Part shown: piece after piece, positions 30,517 to 39,181 of the stretch
Position numbering within the stretch: position 1 is the stretch's first letter
How the letters are laid out: every line of letters starts with the position of its first letter
From: an uncultured delta proteobacterium
Lineage (GTDB): Bacteria; Desulfobacterota; Syntrophorhabdia; Syntrophorhabdales; WCHB1-27
NCBI GenBank assembly: GCA_963810935.1
Contig: CAWEPK010000008.1
Span: 224,001 to 288,000 of the forward strand
Direction of reading: 5' to 3'
DNA length: 64,000 bases
Notes under the pieces: model-generated
What the model was told of the DNA's origin: nothing
Database searches by the model: none
Seen by the model: the letters and a program-made list of their open reading frames with translations, nothing else
Made by a program: the position numbers and the translations under genes

Positions 30517-32145
30517 CTAAAACAGGCTCGGCTCGTCGAACTCGCCGAAAATGTTGCGAAAAACACCCGTCATTTCACCAACCGTTGCGTAGGCCTTGCA
30601 GCACTCCACGAGGAAAGGCATGACGTTCTTCCCTTCCTTTGTGGCCTTTTCCAGATCACCGAGCGTCTTCGCGACGTCCCGGCTGCTCCTGCCGCGCCTG
30701 ACCTCTTTCAGGTCCTCTATCTGCTTGTTCGCCGACTCCGTATTGTATTCATGCAGCTCAACGTCCTGTGATTCTCCTTCCGTGTGGATGTTGACTCCGA
30801 CCTTTAGAAGCTCTCCGGACTGGATGCCCTTCTCGAAGTCGTATGCCTGCGCAGCCACGAGCCTCTGGATGTAACCCGTTGCGACCGCCTGCACGATGCC
30901 CCCCACTTTCTCTATGCTGGCCATCTCTTCTTCGATCTTTTGCTCCATCTCTTTCGTCAGCGTCTCGATGAAGTAGCTGCCTGCGAGCGGGTCCACCGTA
31001 TCGCGCAGCCCTATCTCGTCCATCAGAAGCTGGAGCGTGCGCAGCGAGATGATGGCCGAATGGGGCGTGGGAATGGTGTAAGCCTCGTCATAGCTGCAAA
31101 GGGCGATAGTCTGTGCGCCCGACAGGGCCGCGGCCAGGGCGTAATAGGCGCCCCGCATGATGTTGTTCTCGGGCTGCGCCTTCGTGAGGCCGTAACCCCC
31201 GCCCCCGAAGAGGCCCCGGAGATACATGTTCGAATCTTTCTTTACGCCGTATTTCTCTTTCAGGTTCCTTGCCCACATTTTCCTCGCCGCCCTGAACTTC
31301 GCCACCTGCTCCCACAGGTTGCCGAAGACGTTCAGGTTGAAGGAGAAGCGGCCGACGAAATCGTCCGCCTCGTACCCCCTCGCCAGCACGTTATCAATGT
31401 AGGCGTTCGCGATCAGGACGGCGCACGCGATCTCCTGCGCGGGCGTAGCCCCGGATTCCCTGATATGGTATCCGCACACGCTCACCGGGTTAGTCCTGGG
31501 CAGGACGTTCATCGAGTACTCGATGGTGTCGCCGATCAGCTTGACTGCGGGCTCCACGGGGAAAATCCACGAGCCCCTGCCGATCATCTCCTTCAATATG
31601 TCGTTCTGCGGCGTGGCGGAGATAACGGCCGGGCTGTAACCGAACTTCTCGGCGACCGCCTGGTACATGGCAAGCATGATCGAGGCGACCGCATTTATCG
31701 TGAGGCCGGACCCGATGCGCGCAAGGTCGATCTGGTTGAAGGCTACCTCGAAGTCACGGAGCGAATCGACCGCCATGCCCACGCGGCCCACCTCGCCCTC
31801 GGACATAGGGTCGTCCGAGTCGTAGCCCATCTGCGTGGGGAGGTCGAAGGCCACGTTGAGCCCCGTCTGCCCGTGCGAGATCATCAGCTTGAACCGCTCG
31901 TTCGTCTCGGCTGGCGTGCCGAAACCCGTATACTGGCGCGTCGTCCAGGCCCTGCTCCTGAAGCCCTGCGGGTGGATGCCCCGCGTGAACGGATACCGGC
32001 CGGGGTCGGCCAGGTCTTTTTCATATGAAAAACCTATCCGCTCCAGGTCTTCGGGACCGTAAACCGGCTTAACGTGGATACCCGACTGGAGCGTCACGTC
32101 CGTTATCTGGTCCTTCCCGTCCTTTGTGTATTTTGCAACTCCCAT
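30517..32145 (-). CDS. B12-dependent acyl-CoA mutase, large (substrate-binding) subunit; divergent from MCM
   Basis: PGRYPFTRG, RQYTGFG, VAFDLPTQMGYDSD, QNDILKE, GYHIRE, DPLAGSY. Confidence 0.92.
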   Translation of the reverse strand: MGVAKYTKDGKDQITDVTLQSGIHVKPVYGPEDLERIGFSYEKDLADPGRYPFTRGIHPQGFRSRAWTTRQYTGFGTPAETNERFKLMISHGQTGLNVAFDLPTQMGYDSDDPMSEGEVGRVGMAVDSLRDFEVAFNQIDLARIGSGLTINAVASIMLAMYQAVAEKFGYSPAVISATPQNDILKEMIGRGSWIFPVEPAVKLIGDTIEYSMNVLPRTNPVSVCGYHIRESGATPAQEIACAVLIANAYIDNVLARGYEADDFVGRFSFNLNVFGNLWEQVAKFRAARKMWARNLKEKYGVKKDSNMYLRGLFGGGGYGLTKAQPENNIMRGAYYALAAALSGAQTIALCSYDEAYTIPTPHSAIISLRTLQLLMDEIGLRDTVDPLAGSYFIETLTKEMEQKIEEEMASIEKVGGIVQAVATGYIQRLVAAQAYDFEKGIQSGELLKVGVNIHTEGESQDVELHEYNTESANKQIEDLKEVRRGRSSRDVAKTLGDLEKATKEGKNVMPFLVECCKAYATVGEMTGVFRNIFGEFDEPSLF

Positions 32146-32159
32146 CTCGCCTCCTTAAT

Positions 32160-32222
32160 GGGGCTTGCGTCGCCCCCTCCACGAGCAAAGCTCGTAGAGC
32201 CTCCCCTTCATAAAAAGGAAGA
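32160..32222 (-). repeat. 63-bp double-hairpin intergenic element (family B, copy 1)
   Basis: 54/63 identical to 36887-36949, with compensatory changes in the stem. Confidence 0.85.
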
Positions 32223-32233
32223 GGCAACACATC

Positions 32234-32656
32234 CTAACCCCGCTTCGCGTTGTCGCGGATAAACTCCACGATTTCGGAAAAACGGGTGCCGCCCGGAAAG
32301 ACGCCGGAAACGCCGAGGCCTTTTAGCCGCCCGATGTCGAGGTTGGGTATCACGCCCCCGACAAGGACCATCTTGTCGCCTATCCCCTCTTTGTCCACCG
32401 CTTTCATGAGCTTTTGCACGATGGGGATATGGGCGCCGCTCATGATCGAGAGGCCGATAACGTCCACGTCCTCCTGGATCGCTATCCTCACGATCTGATC
32501 GACGGTCCTGTGCAGGCCCGTATAAACTACCTCCATGCCCGCTTCCTTGAGGGCCAGGGCAACCACCCTTGCGCCCCTGTCGTGCCCGTCCAGTCCCGGC
32601 TTGGCAATCAATACCTTAATGGGTTTCTTGCTCTCCAACTTCCCCTCCCGCAGCAC
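32234..32656 (-). CDS. Cobalamin-binding small subunit of acyl-CoA mutase
   Basis: KPGLDGHDRG (DxHxxG), IQEDVDVIGLS, VGGVIP. Start codon uncertain. Confidence 0.93.
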   Translation of the reverse strand: MLREGKLESKKPIKVLIAKPGLDGHDRGARVVALALKEAGMEVVYTGLHRTVDQIVRIAIQEDVDVIGLSIMSGAHIPIVQKLMKAVDKEGIGDKMVLVGGVIPNLDIGRLKGLGVSGVFPGGTRFSEIVEFIRDNAKRG

Positions 32657-32669
32657 CTGCCGCTACCGA

Positions 32670-32682
32670 GTATACTGTATAC
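32670..32682. promoter_or_regulatory. Putative GntR-family operator GTATAC-T-GTATAC (copy 1)
   Basis: Palindromic 13-mer, identical at 40502 and 56901; all three are intergenic and upstream of starts. Confidence 0.7.
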
Positions 32683-32727
32683 AAATCAAAAAATCACAAG
32701 AAATGTAACTTCCGATACGATTAATCA

Positions 32728-33435
32728 TCAATTTCCCTTTACGGACATATCTTTCAGGACTATTTCCATCCCCCGGAGAAGGTGCCTTCTGACCAGTATT
32801 TCAACGTTTTGAGGGTCCCGTTCCTTCATAGCCTGGACTATCTTTTCGTGCTCCGCGAGGGAGGCGGCCGCGTTCTCCGTGCAGTTAAGCAGGCGCCTCC
32901 TGTACCGCGAGATGAAGTCCCGGAAATTGCCTATGAGGGCGCAAAGCGTCTTGCTCCCCGAGGCATTGAAAATGATCTCGTCCAGGCTGTCGTTGAACTG
33001 CGTCATCCTCGTCGTGTCGCCGCGCTTCAATGCCTCCCTGTATCCGTCCAGGGCAGCCTCCATCCGCGCGATTGTCGACCCGTTCATGCGCGCCGTCGCA
33101 AGGCCCGCTGCGTAGCTTTCGATCACCGCCCGTATCCCGAAGGTTTCCTCTATCTCTTCCGCCGAGAGGTCCTTCACGACGAAGCCGCCCTTCTCCAGCC
33201 TTTCCACCAGGCCGTCCTGCTCCAATTTGCGAAAGGCCTCCCTGACGGGGATGCGGCTGATCTTCATCTGGCCTGAAAGAGTATTCTCAACAAGCCTCTG
33301 GCCCGGATAAAGGTCACCTTTTACGATCGCCTCCCGCAGCGAAGCGTAGGCCGTCTCCCCGATGGGGCGCGGCTTGCCGACCGCCTTGATGCCCTTAAGC
33401 GGCTTGACCGTTTTGACTCCTTGCTTCTGCGCCAC
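32728..33435 (-). CDS. GntR-family regulator with FCD domain
   Basis: LREAIVKGDLYPGQRL, SRIPVREA, EHEKIVQAM. Confidence 0.93.
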   Translation of the reverse strand: MAQKQGVKTVKPLKGIKAVGKPRPIGETAYASLREAIVKGDLYPGQRLVENTLSGQMKISRIPVREAFRKLEQDGLVERLEKGGFVVKDLSAEEIEETFGIRAVIESYAAGLATARMNGSTIARMEAALDGYREALKRGDTTRMTQFNDSLDEIIFNASGSKTLCALIGNFRDFISRYRRRLLNCTENAAASLAEHEKIVQAMKERDPQNVEILVRRHLLRGMEIVLKDMSVKGN

Positions 33436-33449
33436 CGGCTACCTCCCGT

Positions 33450-33728
33450 CTATCCGCAGCGATACTGGACGCCGCATTCTCCTCTGGGATATTCCCAGGT
33501 AATGGCTTTGTGCACACAGGCGATCTTGCACGTGCCGCACTCCAGGCATCCTGCGTATTCGACGACTATCTCCTGCGTATCCTCGTTCACCGAATAGAGA
33601 TGGCCCGGGCAGATGCGGATGCAATACCTCTCCTTGCACCGGGCGCAAATCTCCTTATCCAGCTTGATATGGCTCTCTTTGTCGTTTTTGATGGCGTCGA
33701 GCGCCAGCTTCTCTTCAACCTTCATCAC
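33450..33728 (-). CDS. fixX: FixX-type ferredoxin
   Basis: CARC...CIRICP, GCLECGTCKIAC, WEYPRG..GVQY. Follows fixC. Confidence 0.9.
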   Translation of the reverse strand: MMKVEEKLALDAIKNDKESHIKLDKEICARCKERYCIRICPGHLYSVNEDTQEIVVEYAGCLECGTCKIACVHKAITWEYPRGECGVQYRCG

Positions 33729-35020
33729 ATCCGCCTCAGTGCCAGAAAGTCTTTGAACCCCTGAAACGCGCTGATATACCGTTTGTTTACCGCCTTGGCT
33801 GTCTTGTAAAGGGACCCCTTCGGCCCCTCCCCTATAGTAAAGAGCTCCTCGAACAGCTCGCAGAGGAACCGCGGGTAGACGCTTAAGAACCGTGGGTTTT
33901 CCAGTACCTCACCGGAATGGCGGAACGTCTCCATATCTTTGAGGACGAAGCTCTCCTTCAATTTCTGCTCATAGACCGAAAGCGCCCCGGCCGAGAAGTC
34001 ACCCTTCGACAGCGCCTCATCCGCAGCCTCTGCGGCGATGACGCCGGAGGCCACCGCGAAATCCATGCCCCTCACCGTAAGCCCCATATTGAGGGCCAGG
34101 CCCGCGGCGTCCCCCGCAATGAGCATCCCGCCCGTGTAAAGCTTCGTCAGGCCGCCGTACCCCGCCTCGGAGATGATATGGGCCGAATATTCCTTAAGCT
34201 CGCCGCCTTTAAGGAAGCGCGCTACTTCCGGTCTTGCCGTAAAGCCGTCGATCAGGCGGTGCATCTCGGCATCGCCCGCATTTTTCAGAAAAGAGCCTAT
34301 CCCTACGACGATGCCGGCGGAGATGCTCTCCCTGTTCGTGTAGAGAAATCCCCCGCCGAACATGCCTTTGGTAACCGACCCCGCGTAAAGGCCGGCCGCG
34401 CCCTCGCCCTCTTCGAGGCCGAAACGCTCCTCGATCCTGCCGGGCTCGAGCTTGTATACCTCTTTGATCGCTACGGCGTAATCGGCAGGCTCGAGGTCTT
34501 TCCGCAGGCCCGCCTTTTCCGCCATGAAGGAAAGCGCCCCGTCCGCGGCGATCACTATATTCGCCGGTATCTCCTCGTCGCCGATCCTGACGCCTGCTAC
34601 GCGGCCGTCCTCGAAGAGCAGCCCGTCCACCTTCCGCTTCGGGATGACGAACCCTCCCTTCTCCATGACCTTCTCGGAAAGCCAGTTGTCGAAGGTCGCG
34701 CGAAGGACCGTGTAGCTCATGTACGGCGGTTTCTTCCATTTGTCGTTTGTGTGCTCGACCTGCACGGACGCGCCCTCGTCGAGGAGCGTCACTATCTCCC
34801 TGACGACCGGCCGCTCGAAAGGCGCTTCTTTGAGGATCGCGGGGATATACTTGCGCAACGGCGCTACGTAAATCCTGCCTCCTGTAACGTTCTTGCTCCC
34901 GCACGTATCGCCCCGTTCCAGGAGTATGACCTGTCTGCCTGCTTCAAGCAGGCGGTAGGCGGCGCAAAGACCCGCAAGCCCTCCGCCGACGATCACCACA
35001 TCCATTTTATCTTCAGACAT
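33725..35020 (-). CDS. fixC: FixC-type flavoprotein (ETF:quinone oxidoreductase-like)
   Basis: VGGGLAG, ERG...GSKNVTGG, GGGFLYTN, EYSAHII, GDAAG, RGMDFA. Confidence 0.9.
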   Translation of the reverse strand: MSEDKMDVVIVGGGLAGLCAAYRLLEAGRQVILLERGDTCGSKNVTGGRIYVAPLRKYIPAILKEAPFERPVVREIVTLLDEGASVQVEHTNDKWKKPPYMSYTVLRATFDNWLSEKVMEKGGFVIPKRKVDGLLFEDGRVAGVRIGDEEIPANIVIAADGALSFMAEKAGLRKDLEPADYAVAIKEVYKLEPGRIEERFGLEEGEGAAGLYAGSVTKGMFGGGFLYTNRESISAGIVVGIGSFLKNAGDAEMHRLIDGFTARPEVARFLKGGELKEYSAHIISEAGYGGLTKLYTGGMLIAGDAAGLALNMGLTVRGMDFAVASGVIAAEAADEALSKGDFSAGALSVYEQKLKESFVLKDMETFRHSGEVLENPRFLSVYPRFLCELFEELFTIGEGPKGSLYKTAKAVNKRYISAFQGFKDFLALRRM

Positions 35021-35022
35021 CG

Positions 35023-36000
35023 TTATCCGCCGGTCCTCTTTTTAAGCTCCGCGGTCATCGCAGGCACTACATCGAACAAGTCTCCCACGATCCCGTAATT
35101 GGCATACTGGAAGATGATGGCGTTCGGGTCCCTGTTTACGGCAAGGACCAGCTTCGACGTATCCATGCCCATTATATGATGGATTGCGCCCGATATGCCG
35201 ATAGCAATGTACAGCTTGGGCGATACGGTCTTGCCGCTCTTGCCCACCTGGTCTTCCACGTCGCGCCAGCCCGCGTCGACGACCGACCTCGTCGCGCCGA
35301 CCGTCCCCCCGAGCACAGCCGCAAGCTCCTCGATAAGGGCAAAGTTTTCGGGGGCCTTCAGACCCCTGCCGCCTGACACTATCGTATCGGCCTCGGTGAG
35401 ATCGACCTTGCCCGCCTGCTTCTGCTCAACCCGAAGCACCTTCGTGTGCATCGCACTTGCGTCGAGCCCTGCCTGTTTCTCTATGAGGGTGCCCGCTCCA
35501 CCGGCGGCCTCAGCGACCGGGAACGTGTTCGGCCTGGTGGTCACGATAACGGGATAGGCGGCAGGTGAGACTTCCGTGAGCACCTTGCCGCCGTAAATGG
35601 GCCGCACGAAGCTCATCGGGTCTGTGTCCCATGCTGCGGCCGTTACGTCGGACACTATGCCGCAGCCGAGGAGCACTGCGACCCTCGGCAGGAAATCGCG
35701 CCCTGTCTGCGTCGCGCCCGCAACTATTATTTTAGGGTTGGCTTCCTTGGCATAACCTGCAAAGGCTGCCGCATAAGCTTCCGGCGTGTATGACTCAAGC
35801 AGGGGGTCGTCGATATGGACGAGCGTCTCCGTTAATGCGAGCAGCTTTTCTGCAAGCTTTCCGGAAAGTGGGCCCAGCACTGCGGCCTCGACCTTAAACC
35901 GGCCGGATTGCGCAAGCCGGCGGCCCTCGCTCAAAACCTCCAGGGAAGCCTTTTTTGCCTCGTCGCCCTTAGTCTCCACAAATACAAGGATAGTCTCCAT
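35023..36000 (-). CDS. etfA: Electron transfer flavoprotein alpha subunit
   Basis: VSGGRGL, GATRSVVDAGW, QVGKSGKTVSPKLYIAIGISGAIHH. Confidence 0.94.
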   Translation of the reverse strand: METILVFVETKGDEAKKASLEVLSEGRRLAQSGRFKVEAAVLGPLSGKLAEKLLALTETLVHIDDPLLESYTPEAYAAAFAGYAKEANPKIIVAGATQTGRDFLPRVAVLLGCGIVSDVTAAAWDTDPMSFVRPIYGGKVLTEVSPAAYPVIVTTRPNTFPVAEAAGGAGTLIEKQAGLDASAMHTKVLRVEQKQAGKVDLTEADTIVSGGRGLKAPENFALIEELAAVLGGTVGATRSVVDAGWRDVEDQVGKSGKTVSPKLYIAIGISGAIHHIMGMDTSKLVLAVNRDPNAIIFQYANYGIVGDLFDVVPAMTAELKKRTGG

Positions 36001-36008
36001 GGCTCCCC

Positions 36009-36791
36009 CTAAATGACCCGTTCTACGTCGGCGAGGATCTTTACCGCCTCTGCCGCGGCCTCTGCCGCTTCCCCGCCTATGATCTTAACGGGCGGCCTTT
36101 TCTTCGGGGCAAGGTAGCGTTTTACCCGCACCTTCGACCCGGCGAGGCCCACCGCATCGCTCTCCAGCCCCAGGTCTTCCGGCCCTATCTTCGGTATCTG
36201 GGCCTTCATCGCCTTCATGACACCCGTGATCGGCGCTACGCGCGGCTGGTTCAGACCTTTCTGTACGGTAATGACTGCGGGCAGGGAAACCTCGATGACT
36301 TCCCTCCCGCTTTCCGTGAGCGATTCTGCAACCGCCTTCCCTTCGCCGATATCGAGCTTCACGACTGCGCCGACGTGAGGGAGCCCCAGGAACTGCGCGA
36401 CCATGGGCCCGACCTCGCCCCTGTCGTCGTCAACGGCCTGCCTGCCGCACAATACGATGTCGTACGGCTCCTTCGCCACCGCTTTCGAGAGGGCCAGCGC
36501 GGTCGAATAGCCGTCGCCGTCGAGGAAAGCCGCGTTCTCCAGGAGCAGGGCGGCGTCCGCCCCCATGGCAATGCCGGTCCTGAGCACCTCCGTCGCCTTG
36601 CCTGCGCCCAGGGTTATGACCAGCACGCGCCCGCCGAGGCGCTCTCTTATCCGCAGGGCCTCTTCGAGGGCGAACTCGTCGAATATGCTCGTAGCGAACT
36701 TCTGCTCGATCTCGAGCTTTGCACCGTCGCCCTTTATCTCTATGGCCGCTTCCGCGTCGGGCACCTGCTTTGCCAGAACGACTACATTCAT
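36009..36791 (-). CDS. etfB: Electron transfer flavoprotein beta subunit
   Basis: KQVPD, FDEFALEEAL, AMGAD, CGRQAVDDD, LNQPR. Confidence 0.94.
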   Translation of the reverse strand: MNVVVLAKQVPDAEAAIEIKGDGAKLEIEQKFATSIFDEFALEEALRIRERLGGRVLVITLGAGKATEVLRTGIAMGADAALLLENAAFLDGDGYSTALALSKAVAKEPYDIVLCGRQAVDDDRGEVGPMVAQFLGLPHVGAVVKLDIGEGKAVAESLTESGREVIEVSLPAVITVQKGLNQPRVAPITGVMKAMKAQIPKIGPEDLGLESDAVGLAGSKVRVKRYLAPKKRPPVKIIGGEAAEAAAEAVKILADVERVI

Positions 36792-36813
36792 TTCCGATAC
36801 CTCCGTTAACAGA

Positions 36814-36876
36814 TCACGTCTTTCCTATTATCAGCCTGCCCAGGAAGTCCTTTATGATCTCGTGCGTACCGCCGCC
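36814..36876 (-). pseudogene. 63-bp remnant duplicating the 3' end of the upstream acyl-CoA dehydrogenase gene
   Basis: Translates GGGTHEIIKDFLGRLIIGKT* versus GGGTHEIIKDFLGRLIIGKS* at 36957-37019; 57/63 nt identical. Confidence 0.9.
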
Positions 36877-36886
36877 GGCAATTACT

Positions 36887-36949
36887 GGGGCTCGCGTCGC
36901 CCCCTCCACCGGCAAAGCCGGCGGAGCCACCCCCTCATAAAAAGGAAGA
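36887..36949 (-). repeat. 63-bp double-hairpin intergenic element (family B, copy 2)
   Basis: 54/63 identical to 32160-32222; lies between the gene end and its duplicate. Confidence 0.85.
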
Positions 36950-36956
36950 AAAAGCA

Positions 36957-38105
36957 TCACGACTTGCCTATAATCAGCCTGCCCAGGAAGTCCTTGATAA
37001 TCTCGTGCGTCCCGCCGCCGTACAGCAGGAACCGGGCGTCCCTGAAGTGGCGCTGGGGGTCGTACTCGCGGGCGAAACCGTTGGCGCCCCAGATGCGCGT
37101 TACCTCATCGACCACCTTGCAGCACGTTTCCGTGGCAAACATCTTGGCCATGGCTGCTTCCTTGCGGCTGGACAGCTTTTCCTTTATACGCCATGCCGCG
37201 CTGTAGACCAACAACCTGCTCGCCTCCATCTCGGTAGCCATATCGGCGAACTTGGCCCTGATGAGCTGATAGCTGCCGATGGGCTTCCCGAAGGCGACGC
37301 GCTTCCTTGCGTATTCGAGTCCCTCGTCGTAGGCCGCCTGGGCGATACCGATCGCCATCGCGCCCGTCATGGTCCGTACCTCGTCGAGGATCTCGCCCAG
37401 GTACTCGACCCCTTTGTTGATCTCCTCGCCCAACAGGTTCTCTTCCGGCACCCTCACGTTGTCGAAAACCAGCTCGCCCGTGATCGTGCCCCTGCACCCG
37501 AGCTTATCGATCACCTGTCCTGCTGCAAACCCCGGCGTCCCTTTCTCGACGAGGAAGAAGTTGAGTCCCTTGTTCCCCAGCTTGACGTCCGTAGTCGCGA
37601 GGACCGTAGCCATGTCTGCGATAGGGCCGTTCGTGATCCACATTTTGGTACCGTTAATCACCCATTCATTTCCCTCTTTGACAGCCGTAGTCCGCGTTGC
37701 CGCGAGGTCGGACCCCGACTGGTCCTCGGTGAAGCACATGGTGGCCACCTTCTCGCCCCGCATTGCCGGATACAGGCAGCGTTCTTTGATTGCGTCGGAG
37801 CCGAAGCGGTAAATGAAATAGGTGCCCATCAGGATATTCATGATTGCGCTCTGGGCGAAGCCGACCGATGCGCGCGCTATCTGCTCGTAAAAGATCATAG
37901 CGGTGACAGGGTCCGCGTTCATGCCCCCTATCTCTTCGGGATAGCGCAGGCCCAGGTAGCCGAGCTTCCCGAACTCACGCCACAGCTCCATGGGGAACTC
38001 GTCTTTCTCGTCGATCTCCCGCGCCTTCGGCACGATCATACGGTCGACCGTATCGGTGACCATCTTTTTGAAAAATTCCTGCTCTTCGGTCAGCCTGAAG
38101 TCCAT
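36957..38105 (-). CDS. Acyl-CoA dehydrogenase family protein, atypical catalytic site
   Basis: MDFRLTEEQ, FTEDQSGSD, NGTKMWITNG, KLGCRG, RVAFGKPI, RDAR, YGGGTHEI. Confidence 0.93.
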   Translation of the reverse strand: MDFRLTEEQEFFKKMVTDTVDRMIVPKAREIDEKDEFPMELWREFGKLGYLGLRYPEEIGGMNADPVTAMIFYEQIARASVGFAQSAIMNILMGTYFIYRFGSDAIKERCLYPAMRGEKVATMCFTEDQSGSDLAATRTTAVKEGNEWVINGTKMWITNGPIADMATVLATTDVKLGNKGLNFFLVEKGTPGFAAGQVIDKLGCRGTITGELVFDNVRVPEENLLGEEINKGVEYLGEILDEVRTMTGAMAIGIAQAAYDEGLEYARKRVAFGKPIGSYQLIRAKFADMATEMEASRLLVYSAAWRIKEKLSSRKEAAMAKMFATETCCKVVDEVTRIWGANGFAREYDPQRHFRDARFLLYGGGTHEIIKDFLGRLIIGKS

Positions 38106-38217
38106 TCGCAACCTCCTCCCGGTTAGTCCCGCCGGCCTCCATTATCTCAAATGTCCGGGCGTCCTTTCAAGGGGAACCACCCTGCCCCGCCTGCACCCGC
38201 CCATGCGGAGCTTCGGC

Positions 38218-39168
38218 CTATTTTTCTATCCTGAACACGACCTTTTCGACAATGCTCTCGACCGCGCCGTAAGGGTCCCGCTTCCTCTCGACGGCCTCCC
38301 CGGCTATCTCCATGCAGACCTTATCGTCCCGGACCGCCGCGCCTGCACGCTGCCAGACCTCTTCCTTTAGAAGGTCCATAGTGAAGGCGGCAGTCCTCTC
38401 CTCTCTGCGCTTCTTTCTCCGTCCTTCTTCCGCGAGGAAGCGCCAGTGCCTGTCGATTTCACCCGCAAGGTCTGTAATGCCCTCGCCCCGGTCTGCCCGC
38501 GTGCTCATTACCGGGGGCAGCCAGCCGTCCGAGCCTGCGGCCAGTATGGAGGCGATGGTGGCTTTCGCACTCTCCGCCCCCGCGATATCGGTCTTATTGA
38601 CTACGATAATATCGCCAACCTCCAGAAGACCCGCCTTCAACAATTGGACCTCGTCGCCGTACTCAGGCGTAAAAAGGACGATCATCGTATCGCACAGGTA
38701 AGAAAGGGCCTTCTCGCCCTGCCCGGCCCCCATGCTTTCAACCAGGACTCTCTCCTTACCCAGGGCCTCCAGGACATATACCGCACCTGCCGCTGCCCTC
38801 GCAAGTCCGCCGGGGTAACCCCTGTGCGCCATCGACCTTATAAAAACGCCCAGTTTCTCCGCGCCTTTCATCCGTAGCCGGTCGGCCAGGAGCGCGCCTG
38901 CGCCCGCAATGCTCGTGGGGTCAACCGCTACGACACCCACCCTCTTTCCCTGCCCGGCGAAAGCCACGGCCAGTCCGCCCGTTACGGTGCTCTTACCCGC
39001 ACCGGGCGGCCCTGTGATGCCTATTATATGGGCCCTGCCCGTATGGCCGAAGAGACGGGAGAGCTCAACGTAACCCTCCCTCGACCCGTTCTCGATCAGC
39101 GTGATGAGACGGGCGGCGCTTTTTTCATCGCCCGCTATTATCTTCTCTGCGAGCCCTGACACAGCCAA
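38218..39168 (-). CDS. meaB: MeaB/ArgK GTPase chaperone of B12 mutases
   Basis: ARLITLIEN, GPPGAGKST, VDPTS, DRLRM, FIRSM, VNKTD. Confidence 0.9.
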   Translation of the reverse strand: MAVSGLAEKIIAGDEKSAARLITLIENGSREGYVELSRLFGHTGRAHIIGITGPPGAGKSTVTGGLAVAFAGQGKRVGVVAVDPTSIAGAGALLADRLRMKGAEKLGVFIRSMAHRGYPGGLARAAAGAVYVLEALGKERVLVESMGAGQGEKALSYLCDTMIVLFTPEYGDEVQLLKAGLLEVGDIIVVNKTDIAGAESAKATIASILAAGSDGWLPPVMSTRADRGEGITDLAGEIDRHWRFLAEEGRRKKRREERTAAFTMDLLKEEVWQRAGAAVRDDKVCMEIAGEAVERKRDPYGAVESIVEKVVFRIEK

Positions 39169-39181
39169 TGAGCGATCCGCC

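Noticed and set aside
30517..32656. Calling the mutase a standard methylmalonyl-CoA mutase (mutAB/scpA)
   Set aside because: The substrate-pocket strand is altered and the context is specialised, so only a family-level call is supported.
36814..37019. attL/attR of an integrated prophage or ICE, or a CRISPR array from the short repeats
   Set aside because: Only 80 nt lie between the copies, there is no integrase or cas gene, and there is no regular repeat-spacer periodicity.
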